The notes under the pieces: model-generated | The model's database searches: none | Seen by the model: the letters and a program-made list of their open reading frames with translations, nothing else | Told to the model about the DNA's origin: nothing | Part shown: in pieces, positions 10,190 through 19,187 of the stretch | How the letters are laid out: the number at the start of each line of letters is the position of its first letter | How positions within the stretch are numbered: position 1 is the stretch's first letter | Virus record (IMG/VR): IMGVR_UViG_3300027797_000014 | From: an uncultured virus (IMG/VR IMGVR_UViG_3300027797_000014) | Taxonomy: Duplodnaviria; Heunggongvirae; Uroviricota; Caudoviricetes | Strand: one strand, 5' to 3' | DNA: 55,085 bases | Made by a program: the position numbers and the translations under genes

Positions 10190-10191
10190 AG

Positions 10192-10374
10192 TTATTTTTT
10201 AGTATTAATTAAATAGTTAATATCATTCCAACATAAATCAATTTCATTTTGTTCAGATGCACCTTCTTGAATTTCATCAAGACATAGTTCTAATAATTCT
10301 TCAACTTTATCTGAATGATTTGGATGTTGTTTAATTACTTCATTTGCAAAAGCTTCTAATTCTTGATATGTCAT
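10192..10374 (-). CDS. Hypothetical small acidic protein
   Basis: 60 aa ORF, ATGA-coupled to the upstream gene. Confidence 0.65.
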   Translation of the reverse strand: MTYQELEAFANEVIKQHPNHSDKVEELLELCLDEIQEGASEQNEIDLCWNDINYLINTKK

Positions 10375-10676
10375 TGGTTACCTCCTTCTACCATTTTGTT
10401 GGGTTCAACAATATGCTCTTGTACCATTCCGCTAATGTGGTTTTTGATGTACCAGTCTATCATTTCCAATGCCCGTTTATAACCTTCTGAATAACCATCA
10501 GCATAACTCATTTCCTTTCCCGCAATTTCCATTTCTTTGGCTTGTACTTTCAATTCCATATAATCAGATGTATCAATGTTTAATTGAATGTTTCTAATTG
10601 ATGGAGTTTCTCGCAAATCTCCCTTGTATTCAAGTTCTTCAATGAACCACTCCATTGCCGATTTATTGTTTGTCAT
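10371..10676 (-). CDS. Hypothetical protein (TAVEW...QAKEME-type small phage protein)
   Basis: 101 aa ORF with SAMEWFIEEL and QAKEME. Confidence 0.7.
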   Translation of the reverse strand: MTNNKSAMEWFIEELEYKGDLRETPSIRNIQLNIDTSDYMELKVQAKEMEIAGKEMSYADGYSEGYKRALEMIDWYIKNHISGMVQEHIVEPNKMVEGGNQ

Positions 10677-10708
10677 TGTTCATCTCCTCCGTAGGTTTTT
10701 ATTGATTG

Positions 10709-11299
10709 TCATATTACATTTTCTTTAAAGTGTTTAGACTCTGTTTCTACACCATCTCTAATCATATCACAATAATCTGCTAGTGTAGAGGATTTTACTT
10801 TGTGCTTATCTTGTTTGCATATAAAATACTGACTGGTTTGCATATACATGTATTGTGCATCACGGTATTCATTTACATACATCTTAGTAGCTTTTATAAT
10901 TTGTTCCCAAGTATAATTATATGTTTCAAATAACCATCTGAATGATTCAGACAACATTTTTACATTAACTCTGGCTGGTCTGCCACTGGGGAGTTTTATA
11001 TTAGGGAACACTTCTCTATAAGTATTTATCTTATCAACAAAGTCTTGGCCCATTAACTGAGCGTCTGTTTTTTTCTTTGCTTTGGTAAAATAATTATCTA
11101 AATGTACTATCAAGCTTTTGGCTTCAGCACTCATTGTATATTTACCATTATCCAAGATTAAAAAGCCTAATTTTTCTAAGGCTAATTTATCATCATTTGT
11201 AATTTGCGGCAAAGATACTCCTTGCTTTATTCCAAATAATAATAGTACTTGGTTTGGTGTTAAATTGTTTTTCAGCATCATCTGAAATAGTTCCCACAT
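10709..11299 (-). CDS. Hypothetical protein, possible winged-helix replication protein
   Basis: 196 aa; N-terminal LTPNQ..LEKLGFL wHTH-like pattern; upstream of the helicase. Confidence 0.7.
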   Translation of the reverse strand: MWELFQMMLKNNLTPNQVLLLFGIKQGVSLPQITNDDKLALEKLGFLILDNGKYTMSAEAKSLIVHLDNYFTKAKKKTDAQLMGQDFVDKINTYREVFPNIKLPSGRPARVNVKMLSESFRWLFETYNYTWEQIIKATKMYVNEYRDAQYMYMQTSQYFICKQDKHKVKSSTLADYCDMIRDGVETESKHFKENVI

Positions 11300-11360
11300 A
11301 TTCTTTTGTTTTTTATTATAAGTGATTGATAATCAGATACGTGATTTAAAAGTTGGACAA

Positions 11361-11368
11361 CAAAAATA
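11361..11368 (-). promoter_or_regulatory. Bacteroidota -7 promoter element (TATTTTTG)
   Basis: TAnnTTTG in the intergenic gap ~60 nt upstream of the start at 11299. Confidence 0.5.
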
Positions 11369-11376
11369 AACAAAAT

Positions 11377-12051
11377 TTACCAATTAATCAAAGGTTTATC
11401 TTGTTTTTTTAGTTCTAAATTCACTTTATTGAACACATCATTATGGTCCCATTCACCACCTTTGTATGCAGCTGATGCTGGGTGTGAACATTTAAGTATT
11501 TTACAATCAGGTATTAAGGTTTCCCATTCCTCAGCTTTTTTTCCCATTAACACAAACACTGTGTTTTTCTTGTGTTTGTTAATATTACTAAATATGTAAT
11601 TTGTAAATGGTTTCCATAATGTATAGTGTGAACCAATCTTATTAACTTCAACAGTAAATGCTGTATTAATAAGTAATACTCCCTGATTAGCCCAATATCT
11701 AAGATCTGTATGATCTGTACCTATGGCTTTGTTTATATATTGTAAAGACTTTTCTGCTGTTCCTTTTTTAGAACAACTAAAGGCTAAACCATCTGCTGAT
11801 CCTAACTGTGGATATGGATCTTGTCCCACTATAACAACTTTAACGTTATCATATGTGCACTCTTTAAATGCATTAAATACATCTTTGAATGGCGGGGTAA
11901 ATCTTAGACCATTGCTAACAGCTGTTTCTAGAAAATTAAATACATCTTCAAATGACTTGCTGTCTACAAAAGGATTAAGTATTGCATCCCATCCTGATGT
12001 TTCTGAATCAGTTTTTATTTGATTTTTAAATTTATTTATATTTGATTCCAT
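11377..12051 (-). CDS. ung: Uracil-DNA glycosylase (family 1)
   Basis: VIVGQDPYP, GLAFS, WANQGVLLIN, SHPAS; start moved to MESN at 12051 to remove the overlap. Confidence 0.95.
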   Translation of the reverse strand: MESNINKFKNQIKTDSETSGWDAILNPFVDSKSFEDVFNFLETAVSNGLRFTPPFKDVFNAFKECTYDNVKVVIVGQDPYPQLGSADGLAFSCSKKGTAEKSLQYINKAIGTDHTDLRYWANQGVLLINTAFTVEVNKIGSHYTLWKPFTNYIFSNINKHKKNTVFVLMGKKAEEWETLIPDCKILKCSHPASAAYKGGEWDHNDVFNKVNLELKKQDKPLINW

Positions 12052-12069
12052 TTTATTTGGTTTAATTTG

Positions 12070-12077
12070 TATATTTG
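12070..12077 (+). promoter_or_regulatory. Bacteroidota -7 promoter element (TATATTTG)
   Basis: 18 nt upstream of the ATG at 12096. Confidence 0.65.
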
Positions 12078-12095
12078 TCAATAAATACATTTAAT

Positions 12096-12518
12096 ATGAG
12101 TGAAGAAAATAAACTACAAACATTTGATACATATGACTTTAAAGATACCATTAAAGATATATCAGTATCAACGGCCTATATTCCAGGTCTTCAAAGAATC
12201 ATAACAGATATGTTTCTTAATTATTCAGAAGGTACTGAAAAATTACCTGATTTGTTTAAAAAGTTTGAACAAAATCTTGGTAAAAATCAAGAAGATAAAA
12301 CTGCTTTAGATCTTACTAAAGAACAAGCTGATATCTATACTTTATTTTCACTTCTTCAGTTGTTTAAGTATAATGCAAATCAACAAGGTTTAGCTAAAAA
12401 GACTGAAACTACAGCTACTGTTGAAGAGTTAAAAGAACTTGCAACAATGATGTCTAAACAACAAGATGTAACTGAAAAGTTAAAAGAGTTGCAATCTAAA
12501 ATGAAAATTGTAAATTAA
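12096..12518 (+). CDS. Hypothetical protein, lone plus-strand gene in the left arm
   Basis: 140 aa from MSEENK; phage-like codon use; fills the gap between two minus-strand genes. Confidence 0.8.
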   Translation: MSEENKLQTFDTYDFKDTIKDISVSTAYIPGLQRIITDMFLNYSEGTEKLPDLFKKFEQNLGKNQEDKTALDLTKEQADIYTLFSLLQLFKYNANQQGLAKKTETTATVEELKELATMMSKQQDVTEKLKELQSKMKIVN

Positions 12519-12902
12519 TTATCTTAGTTGCATTCCACTAAAGTCTCCAATTTCTATACATGCTTGTATAGCTAAGTTTAGTTCATCTTTATCACACTGA
12601 CCAAAAGACTTGCAGTACTCTTCTTTATTTTTTGTAAAGCAGAGTCCTGCTTTTCTTTTTACTACCAGTTTAGCTTCTTCAAATGTATATCCTATTTCTT
12701 GAGCTATTTCTCTAATCATTGCATGCAGTCTGGCCAACTGAGGATTACTTCCTTTGTCACCACTTACTCCAATAAATATTTCTAATTTAGCTCCATCAGG
12801 TAAATCATTCAAAAACTTTTGATACTTGTTACCAATAGCTTTCATTGGAAACTCTAATGCACCATTTTTAATAGTACATTGAACAAATAAACTGTCCTTC
12901 AT
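12519..12902 (-). CDS. NinB/Orf-like recombination protein
   Basis: GSNPQLARLHAMIREIA...EEAK...KSF...ELN resembles the NinB RS..QN..hHa pattern. Confidence 0.55.
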   Translation of the reverse strand: MKDSLFVQCTIKNGALEFPMKAIGNKYQKFLNDLPDGAKLEIFIGVSGDKGSNPQLARLHAMIREIAQEIGYTFEEAKLVVKRKAGLCFTKNKEEYCKSFGQCDKDELNLAIQACIEIGDFSGMQLR

Positions 12903-12976
12903 TTTAATACCATTGTTAATGAATAACCACCCTGTTCATCACCGGGATCTGATATTATAATAATTGTTTCTTCCAT
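12899..12976 (-). CDS. 25-aa micro-ORF
   Basis: MEETIIIISDPGDEQGGYSLTMVLK; TAATG overlap upstream and ATGA overlap downstream. Confidence 0.55.
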   Translation of the reverse strand: MEETIIIISDPGDEQGGYSLTMVLK

Positions 12977-13209
12977 TACTTAAATCTTAAAGCTGAACCA
13001 ACATAAATAAATTCTTGTGAACATGCTTCACAAATAGCTTCTGTTTCATTTCTATGAAGTGTATTATTAAGACAATTAGGACAAGGTGTATCTTTTAAAT
13101 AAGTAAATTTCTCACAACTTTGTCTGGCCATATCTTCTAAATATGCATCATGATCACCTTTGTATTGATGTTCAATTATTTCCATAAAAACTTCTTTCAT
13201 TTTTCCCAT
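12976..13209 (-). CDS. Small zinc-ribbon protein
   Basis: CPNC...CEAC. Confidence 0.75.
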   Translation of the reverse strand: MGKMKEVFMEIIEHQYKGDHDAYLEDMARQSCEKFTYLKDTPCPNCLNNTLHRNETEAICEACSQEFIYVGSALRFK

Positions 13210-13224
13210 ATCTTTTTTTTTATT

Positions 13225-14322
13225 TTATTTACTTAAAGGGTTGTAATATTTAACTTTCTTTGAATCAAAATCTTTTAAAGCTGTTTTTACCCATAATTCA
13301 TCTTGAGTATCTTTATAACATAAAATATGGCATGTTGCTTTTTCAGTTGGATTTAACCTTAATAGTCTTCCAATTCTTTGAGCACTTTTTCTTTCATTGC
13401 CATACGCATGCATAATAATACCTTGTTTTAAATTAGGAATAGTAACACCTTCACTTAACTGTAATACACATGATAATTTATCAATTCTACCATCTGAGAA
13501 TAGTTCTAGGTTTTCTTCATTTTTAGAGTTCCCAGAATGGTAGCTGTGTTTTGATAGTTTATCCGCTTGATTTTGAGTATTAGCAAAAATAATACATTTA
13601 CTTCCTAAGTTAGGTAGCAATGATTTTACATAATCCTCTTTGGTTGTGTATTCCATTAAAGCTCTCATTCTCATGATTGCTGCAAGTTGTTTAGCTTTTA
13701 TTGATTGAGCTTCACCACAACGTGCAGTAACATATTCATAATCTTTTCTTTCTGAAGTCCACCAAAAACCTCCTTGTTTTTTGGTTTTTTTTAATGTCAA
13801 TAATTTTGACAGTTCTAATTCATGTACTACTATCTGATAATCATTTAGTATTTTTGAGTCAGTTGCTTCATCAATGGTAAAAGTGTATTTAATTGGACAG
13901 TACTTACTTACCATTTTTCCTTTTTCAGAATCATAGTATTTGGGTGGCGTACCAGTTAAACCTAATATCTTACCTTTAAAGTTAGATAAAAATTCAGAAT
14001 GAGTTTCTAATAAATTGTGACATTCATCTAAATATACTACATCATACTCATTAGGATTTTGTTTTCCTATTGAAAGATATGTAGTGAAGGTTAAATGATC
14101 TGCTAAATCTTCTATACTAAGTTTCTGTAGTTCTGATAACCAAGATTCTTTAATAGATAATTTTGGTATAACTACCAATGCTTTTATAAAAGGGTTGTAA
14201 CTTCTTTGGAAATGCTGAATTGCAATTCTTGTTTTACCTACACCCATACTTATTGCTAATCCACATCTTTTGTGGTTTAATGCAATCTTTAATGCATCTT
14301 CCTGTACTGATTGTCTACTCAT
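13225..14322 (-). CDS. Superfamily 2 helicase (UvsW-like)
   Basis: SMGVGKT, DECH, LTGT, QRIGRLLR. Confidence 0.9.
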   Translation of the reverse strand: MSRQSVQEDALKIALNHKRCGLAISMGVGKTRIAIQHFQRSYNPFIKALVVIPKLSIKESWLSELQKLSIEDLADHLTFTTYLSIGKQNPNEYDVVYLDECHNLLETHSEFLSNFKGKILGLTGTPPKYYDSEKGKMVSKYCPIKYTFTIDEATDSKILNDYQIVVHELELSKLLTLKKTKKQGGFWWTSERKDYEYVTARCGEAQSIKAKQLAAIMRMRALMEYTTKEDYVKSLLPNLGSKCIIFANTQNQADKLSKHSYHSGNSKNEENLELFSDGRIDKLSCVLQLSEGVTIPNLKQGIIMHAYGNERKSAQRIGRLLRLNPTEKATCHILCYKDTQDELWVKTALKDFDSKKVKYYNPLSK

Positions 14323-14746
14323 TTGGTTTTTTTACATTTAATAGTATTTCATCCAATGAATGTTTAACATTACTTAATATTTCATCTTCAATTTCTTTAA
14401 AGGAATTATAAAGTTTATTGTCAAATTTCATTTTAAGGTTATAAAATTGTTTTCCGGTAAGAAAAATATCATATCCATAAACATGATTAACAATTTGTAT
14501 TCTATGTGAATCAATGACTATAAAATAATCTCTGTATTTGATATACCTTTTTCCTGTAATGGGGCATAATGATAGAGTACAGTTCTCATTTTTAAGAACA
14601 TTTAATGCTATAGATAATGCTTTTTTTTCATTAGGAGACAAATACATGTCTTTCATGTCAGGATTAGCTAAATTTTTTTTATACCAGATGTAACTTTTTA
14701 AATACAAACGTTTAAGTGTGTGTTTAATTGATTTTGGTAATTTCAT
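14315..14746 (-). CDS. Hypothetical protein
   Basis: 143 aa ORF. Confidence 0.7.
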   Translation of the reverse strand: MKLPKSIKHTLKRLYLKSYIWYKKNLANPDMKDMYLSPNEKKALSIALNVLKNENCTLSLCPITGKRYIKYRDYFIVIDSHRIQIVNHVYGYDIFLTGKQFYNLKMKFDNKLYNSFKEIEDEILSNVKHSLDEILLNVKKPNE

Positions 14747-14768
14747 GGTTTTACTTTTTGTTGTTTGT

Positions 14769-15017
14769 TTATAATTTTTTTATAAGTTCAATTAATTTTT
14801 GAATAATAATGCCTCTGTCAATTTCATCCTCTATAATAGGAATACATTTTTGTTCTTCACCAAACATATTAGCATCTTTATCATAGATATAAGCTTCTAA
14901 TACCAGTTTAAGAATTTCAATTTTAGATACAGTTATTTCATTATCAAGTCTTTTGTTTTCTTTTTCTAATGCTTCTTTTTCAATAGAAGCTTTAGTTTTT
15001 TCAGCATGTTTTTCCAT
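14769..15017 (-). CDS. Hypothetical protein
   Basis: 82 aa ORF. Confidence 0.7.
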   Translation of the reverse strand: MEKHAEKTKASIEKEALEKENKRLDNEITVSKIEILKLVLEAYIYDKDANMFGEEQKCIPIIEDEIDRGIIIQKLIELIKKL

Positions 15018-15108
15018 ATTTAAGGTGTTTATCTACATGTAAATATACGTGAATCAAACCATTTTTCCCAAAAAAGTATCATTTGCACCCATTTTTCATG
15101 GGATGCAC

Positions 15109-15240
15109 CTATTTTTCTTGAATTTCTTCAGTTTCTTCAATTACAAGGTATTTTGTACCATTTTCCAGTTTTTTAACTTGACCTGTTTCCATAAGTATTT
15201 TTACAGTTTCAGGATCTAATATGTCAAATGTCTGTTTCAT
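15109..15240 (-). CDS. Small hypothetical protein (43 aa)
   Basis: MKQTFDILDPETVKILMETGQVKKLENGTKYLVIEETEEIQEK; not in ORF track. Confidence 0.55.
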   Translation of the reverse strand: MKQTFDILDPETVKILMETGQVKKLENGTKYLVIEETEEIQEK

Positions 15241-15259
15241 ATATATGGTTTTCATAAAT

Positions 15260-15646
15260 TTACATACCTTTTATAAGTTTAAATATAGAATAACTTTCTT
15301 CTTCTGCCCAGGTAATAATCTCTTCTTCTTTGTTTATATCATAATTATGTATAAAAAAAGAGTGATGCATCATCTCATGCATTATTAAACCCATTGTTTC
15401 AACATCATTACCACGTCTACTAAGATTGATAAAAACAAATCTTTGGTCATTTTCATCATATTCTCCAGATTCTTTTGGAACAAAATTTGCCCATCCCGCT
15501 ATATAAGCACTGTCAAAATTATTATTATAACTTTGACATTTTGTAATAGATAAACCATGCATTTCTTTAACGTTGTAATAAGTAAATATATCACAAGGAT
15601 TGTAACTTAATAAAAGTATATAACCTGCTCTAATTATTGTAACCAT
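15260..15646 (-). CDS. Zincin-like HExxH protein
   Basis: LIMHEMMHH followed by EEEIITWAEEE. Confidence 0.65.
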   Translation of the reverse strand: MVTIIRAGYILLLSYNPCDIFTYYNVKEMHGLSITKCQSYNNNFDSAYIAGWANFVPKESGEYDENDQRFVFINLSRRGNDVETMGLIMHEMMHHSFFIHNYDINKEEEIITWAEEESYSIFKLIKGM

Positions 15647-15685
15647 TTTTATTTGTTTTTAAAAGTTTCATATATGATAGTTTTC

Positions 15686-15714
15686 TGCATGAAGTTTTAG
15701 TAAAATTTCATGCA
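15686..15714. terminator. Hairpin just downstream of the tRNA pair
   Basis: tgcatgaagtttt-agt-aaaatttcatgca inverted repeat. Confidence 0.5.
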
Positions 15715-15720
15715 CTTTTG

Positions 15721-15806
15721 TAGCTGGAGAGGGATTTGAACCCACACGGATATTTCTATCCAAAGGATTTTAAGTCCTTCATGTCTACCTATTTCATCAC
15801 CCAGCC
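15721..15806 (-). tRNA. trnL: tRNA-Leu (anticodon TAA)
   Basis: GGCTGGG acceptor, AAGGA-CTTAAAA-TCCTT anticodon arm, long variable arm, GGTTCAAATCC T-arm; no encoded CCA. Confidence 0.93.
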
Positions 15807-15811
15807 AGATG

Positions 15812-15885
15812 TGATTCAATCAGGATTTGAACCTGAAACCTACGCCTTAGAAGGGCGTTGCTCTATCCAGTTGAGCTATTGAACC
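15812..15885 (-). tRNA. trnR: tRNA-Arg (anticodon TCT)
   Basis: GGTTCAA acceptor, TAGCTCAACTGGATAGAGC D-arm, ACGCC-CTTCTAA-GGCGT anticodon arm, GGTTCAAATCC T-arm. Confidence 0.95.
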
Positions 15886-15891
15886 ATAATA

Positions 15892-15899
15892 CAAATATA
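15892..15899 (-). promoter_or_regulatory. Bacteroidota -7 promoter element for the tRNA pair
   Basis: TATATTTG ends 6 nt before the tRNA-Arg 5' end. Confidence 0.7.
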
Positions 15900-15947
15900 A
15901 AGTTTAATTACATTGTACTGATGGTTTTAAGTTTAAATTCTTTTGGT

Positions 15948-16217
15948 TTAATATCTGCTATCTGAAAAACCTAATTCAACAGCATCAGTAGGATTAGTTT
16001 CTATCCAAGTATGACAATTTCTGCATACAGGTAGCCAAGTGGTTGTATCTAAGTGATACTTTCCTCTTCCTTTTTTGTGATGAACATCAGTTGCATGCAA
16101 AGAACACTTATGGATCTTTGCATGACAAACTGGATGTTTTGTTAAATAAACTTTGCGTATTTTAGAATACTCAGAGTTAGCCTTGGATAACTTGGCTGAT
16201 ACTTTTTTGATTGTCAT
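15948..16217 (-). CDS. HNH endonuclease (small, Zn-binding)
   Basis: C..C, DVHHKKGR, LPVCRNCH. Confidence 0.85.
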   Translation of the reverse strand: MTIKKVSAKLSKANSEYSKIRKVYLTKHPVCHAKIHKCSLHATDVHHKKGRGKYHLDTTTWLPVCRNCHTWIETNPTDAVELGFSDSRY

Positions 16218-16731
16218 TTGCTTTTAGTGTAAAGAAATTCTTTGGCAATAAACCTTTAGACATAAATCTTAAGATTACATCTTCATAACTAATACCTAAA
16301 TCTTTTAATGACAGCGTGTTGTTGTAGTCCTCCAATATTTCATCTTCTGGTACAGAGATTATATACTCTGCTGTTGGTCCATGAAATGTTGCGCGGAAGA
16401 AGTCATTAACTTTTTTGTTACAAATAATTTGTTTCCAGGCATTTATCTCTCTTTGAGATCTTCTCCATACTTTGGATATTCTTCTTTTTTTATCCCAGTG
16501 TAGAGTTTCAATTTCTTCTTTGCTATATACATTGAGGCCGTGTAATACTCTTTTAAACAAGAAGTGTTGATAGGAATTTAACTTATTGTAACATAAGTTG
16601 TTAATGATTGACGGTGGATGCAATTGGTATTCTTCCAATAGTCCATAATACTGATACCGTGATTCACGGAGACTTATGATTCTTACTGATTCATTTGTCT
16701 GAAGCTGGTTTAATTGTTCTTGAGATAGCAT
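16177..16731 (-). CDS. Hypothetical protein
   Basis: 184 aa ORF with A-rich leader. Confidence 0.75.
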   Translation of the reverse strand: MLSQEQLNQLQTNESVRIISLRESRYQYYGLLEEYQLHPPSIINNLCYNKLNSYQHFLFKRVLHGLNVYSKEEIETLHWDKKRRISKVWRRSQREINAWKQIICNKKVNDFFRATFHGPTAEYIISVPEDEILEDYNNTLSLKDLGISYEDVILRFMSKGLLPKNFFTLKANDNQKSISQVIQG

Positions 16732-16770
16732 ACATGTTTTGTTTGGTTTGAGGTTATAAATTTTTGTTAT

Positions 16771-17052
16771 TTAAATCTTTTTATTTGATGTTTGTATTGT
16801 AACAGAACGTACAGATATTACTGAGGGAATGCTGATAAACTTTAAGGAGTCTACTAAGTGTGGTTGAGTTTTATCACCAAATGCGCCTTTGGTCCACATT
16901 TTATAAATTATGCTGCCTATTTCATTGTCCAAAAAATACACATGCTTACCATCTGTTGTTTTTTTGGCTATAGGTGAAACTTGAATACAAATGTTGGTGG
17001 TTGAACAGCCAAACATTGTTACTAATGCTAATGCCATTATTATTTTTTTCAT
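16771..17052 (-). CDS. Putative lipoprotein
   Basis: MKKIIMALALVTMFG-C signal peptide II/lipobox. Confidence 0.7.
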   Translation of the reverse strand: MKKIIMALALVTMFGCSTTNICIQVSPIAKKTTDGKHVYFLDNEIGSIIYKMWTKGAFGDKTQPHLVDSLKFISIPSVISVRSVTIQTSNKKI

Positions 17053-17164
17053 ACTGTAAAATTTTGATTGTGTAACGTTAGATATATAAATAAAAAAGGC
17101 TAAAACAATTTTAGCTTTATTTAATTTCCTCTGAAGGAAAACCTTTTATATTTATACAGGAAAA

Positions 17165-17746
17165 TTAAAGTTCAAAAGTCTCTTCTTCTACAAGATCTAA
17201 CTCTTCAACTTGATTGGTAGATTGAATATCATCCAATGATGCTACTTCTTCTTTTACATTAATACCAAATGCTTCTGCTGATGTTGCTTTATCAACTTTA
17301 ACTGATGTTTTTCTCAACATTGAGCCACCACCATTAGCATCCTTGATATCTTGACCATTGGTATGAGCAACTAACACATCTTCTGCAGTGTTATCACTTA
17401 CATAAAATGTTTTCCTATAAATAGGTTGACCATCTTGACAACAGATAATACCTGTATCACCTGCATATTTGTAGTCTCTATCCGGATCTGTGTTACTAAA
17501 TGGCTCTAATGATTCTTTGATTACAATTTTACCTGGTAATGATTTAAAGTTTTCAAGGCCTAAGCTTTGTAAATCTTCTAACTTACCGTGTAACAATGTA
17601 CTCAATACGGATTTCTTAACCCAACCTGTGTTGCCAAAGGTTACTCTTTCTTGTTGTAATCTTACGTGACCAAATTCTGAATTTGTGCTTGATTGACGGA
17701 TAACATTACCCATGTCATCAGCAATGATGTTTACTTTAGTTTGCAT
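17165..17746 (-). CDS. Hypothetical protein, possible nucleic-acid-binding protein with acidic tail
   Basis: 193 aa, beta-rich core, C-terminal LDLVEEETFEL. Confidence 0.75.
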   Translation of the reverse strand: MQTKVNIIADDMGNVIRQSSTNSEFGHVRLQQERVTFGNTGWVKKSVLSTLLHGKLEDLQSLGLENFKSLPGKIVIKESLEPFSNTDPDRDYKYAGDTGIICCQDGQPIYRKTFYVSDNTAEDVLVAHTNGQDIKDANGGGSMLRKTSVKVDKATSAEAFGINVKEEVASLDDIQSTNQVEELDLVEEETFEL

Positions 17747-17798
17747 TTTTTTTTTGATTTTAAATTGTGAATAATAAATGATTTGATGTATCTAAGAA

Positions 17799-18092
17799 TT
17801 AGATATCATCTGGGTGAAAATCTGAGTCTTCCATTTTTTCATAATCTTCTATTTCATGTAATTCTGGTTCATGTTCTATGATTAATTCATCAAGAATTTC
17901 TTCTAATGAATCATCATCAACATCTAATGGAATTTGTAATGATTTAGAAAATGAATTATAAAAAGGGTCACTCACTTCTTTGGTATAACCTGCACTAAGA
18001 CCGTTTAATTCTCTAACCTCATCATCAGACAAAGATAGATATTGCTCTACTGAGCATTCAATTATACGTCCATTTGGCAATTGTATTATCAT
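17799..18092 (-). CDS. Highly acidic small protein
   Basis: 28 D/E vs 5 K/R in 97 aa. Confidence 0.75.
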   Translation of the reverse strand: MIIQLPNGRIIECSVEQYLSLSDDEVRELNGLSAGYTKEVSDPFYNSFSKSLQIPLDVDDDSLEEILDELIIEHEPELHEIEDYEKMEDSDFHPDDI

Positions 18093-18121
18093 TTATTGTT
18101 CTTTCACTAAAAGTAGACCAA

Positions 18122-18139
18122 CAAATGTATAATAATATA
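18122..18139 (-). promoter_or_regulatory. Promoter: TATATTAT plus TACATTTG (-7 element)
   Basis: Minus strand TATATTATTATACATTTG ~30 nt upstream of 18092. Confidence 0.55.
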
Positions 18140-18212
18140 ATTGTTATTTACAGCATAATTTTTATTATCTGGTAATAATGCAAAATATAAAAAGCATATA
18201 TATAGCTAACGT

Positions 18213-18464
18213 TTATTTTATTGTTAGTTTTCTACCTACTCTTTTTATGTAATTACATGTTTTTAGTTCCTTAATCAACCTGTTTGTAGATGATTGACTT
18301 ATATTTAAGTCATCTGATAGTGTGGAGATTGAAGGCCAACATGTTCTTTCTTTGTTTGCATAACAAGCAAGCATTGAATACAGTGCTTTTGCTTGCACGG
18401 ATAAATTTGGATCTGAAATTACTTCATATGCAACTATTCCAAATCTAGTTGATTTCTTGGACAT
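18213..18464 (-). CDS. Winged helix-turn-helix protein (HTH_36-like)
   Basis: LSVQAKALY..L..YAN....CWPSISTLSDDLNISQSSTNRLIKELKTCNYI. Confidence 0.85.
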   Translation of the reverse strand: MSKKSTRFGIVAYEVISDPNLSVQAKALYSMLACYANKERTCWPSISTLSDDLNISQSSTNRLIKELKTCNYIKRVGRKLTIK

Positions 18465-18660
18465 GATCTCTCATGATTAATAATAAGGCTGTATTATGAT
18501 CTGCTTCATTAGAAAGAGTTTCATCATTAAAAGCATACTTATCATTCATATATTTTCCAAAATTTGACATTTTACCATTTGGTACTGCGTCCACTGATTT
18601 TTTTAAGCCTAACCAAGATTCTAATTCTCTTTTAAGTAAAGGCATTGAAATTTTTGACAT
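18445..18660 (-). CDS. Hypothetical protein
   Basis: 71 aa ORF. Confidence 0.65.
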   Translation of the reverse strand: MSKISMPLLKRELESWLGLKKSVDAVPNGKMSNFGKYMNDKYAFNDETLSNEADHNTALLLIMRDHVQEIN

Positions 18661-18662
18661 AA

Positions 18663-19187
18663 CTACATAAGTTCTAAGGTTAATTGATTTGGACTTGGTT
18701 GCTCTACAGCAGGTTTATTAAAGTATGGAATATCTAACTTGTTTATTTTAGTTAGTTCCAATGGGCTCATATTTGTTTCATGTTCTTTGATTTTTAAATC
18801 AGAGTCATGATAATACAAATTAACTTTAAGTTGTGAATATAGAGGATTGTATTCTGTTGAGGACCAAGATGTATCTGCAACTACATAACCAAATATATTT
18901 CTATCTGAATCAGATAAACCCATATCACATAATACGTCTGGCTCATAATGTCTTGACATATCATATTTTATAGGTTTTACTTTAAAGTGATCACCTTTAT
19001 TCAATGGTTCATATTGATCTTCACTTAATGTTAAATGAATTATGTGTTCTATTGAATGCTGCGGCAAGTCTTTAAGTAATATATCTCCAATTACATCTTT
19101 GTTTGCAGAGTTCTTAATACTCTCTGAGTTAATTAAGCCAATAAATATTTTATTGAGCAAGTCTTTTGATATTTGATATGTGTCCAT
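18663..19187 (-). CDS. Hypothetical protein
   Basis: 174 aa ORF. Confidence 0.75.
   Translation of the reverse strand: MDTYQISKDLLNKIFIGLINSESIKNSANKDVIGDILLKDLPQHSIEHIIHLTLSEDQYEPLNKGDHFKVKPIKYDMSRHYEPDVLCDMGLSDSDRNIFGYVVADTSWSSTEYNPLYSQLKVNLYYHDSDLKIKEHETNMSPLELTKINKLDIPYFNKPAVEQPSPNQLTLELM

Noticed and set aside
15650..15720. Theta/HDV-like ribozyme after the tRNA
   Set aside because: Only a simple AT-rich hairpin; no nested double pseudoknot visible
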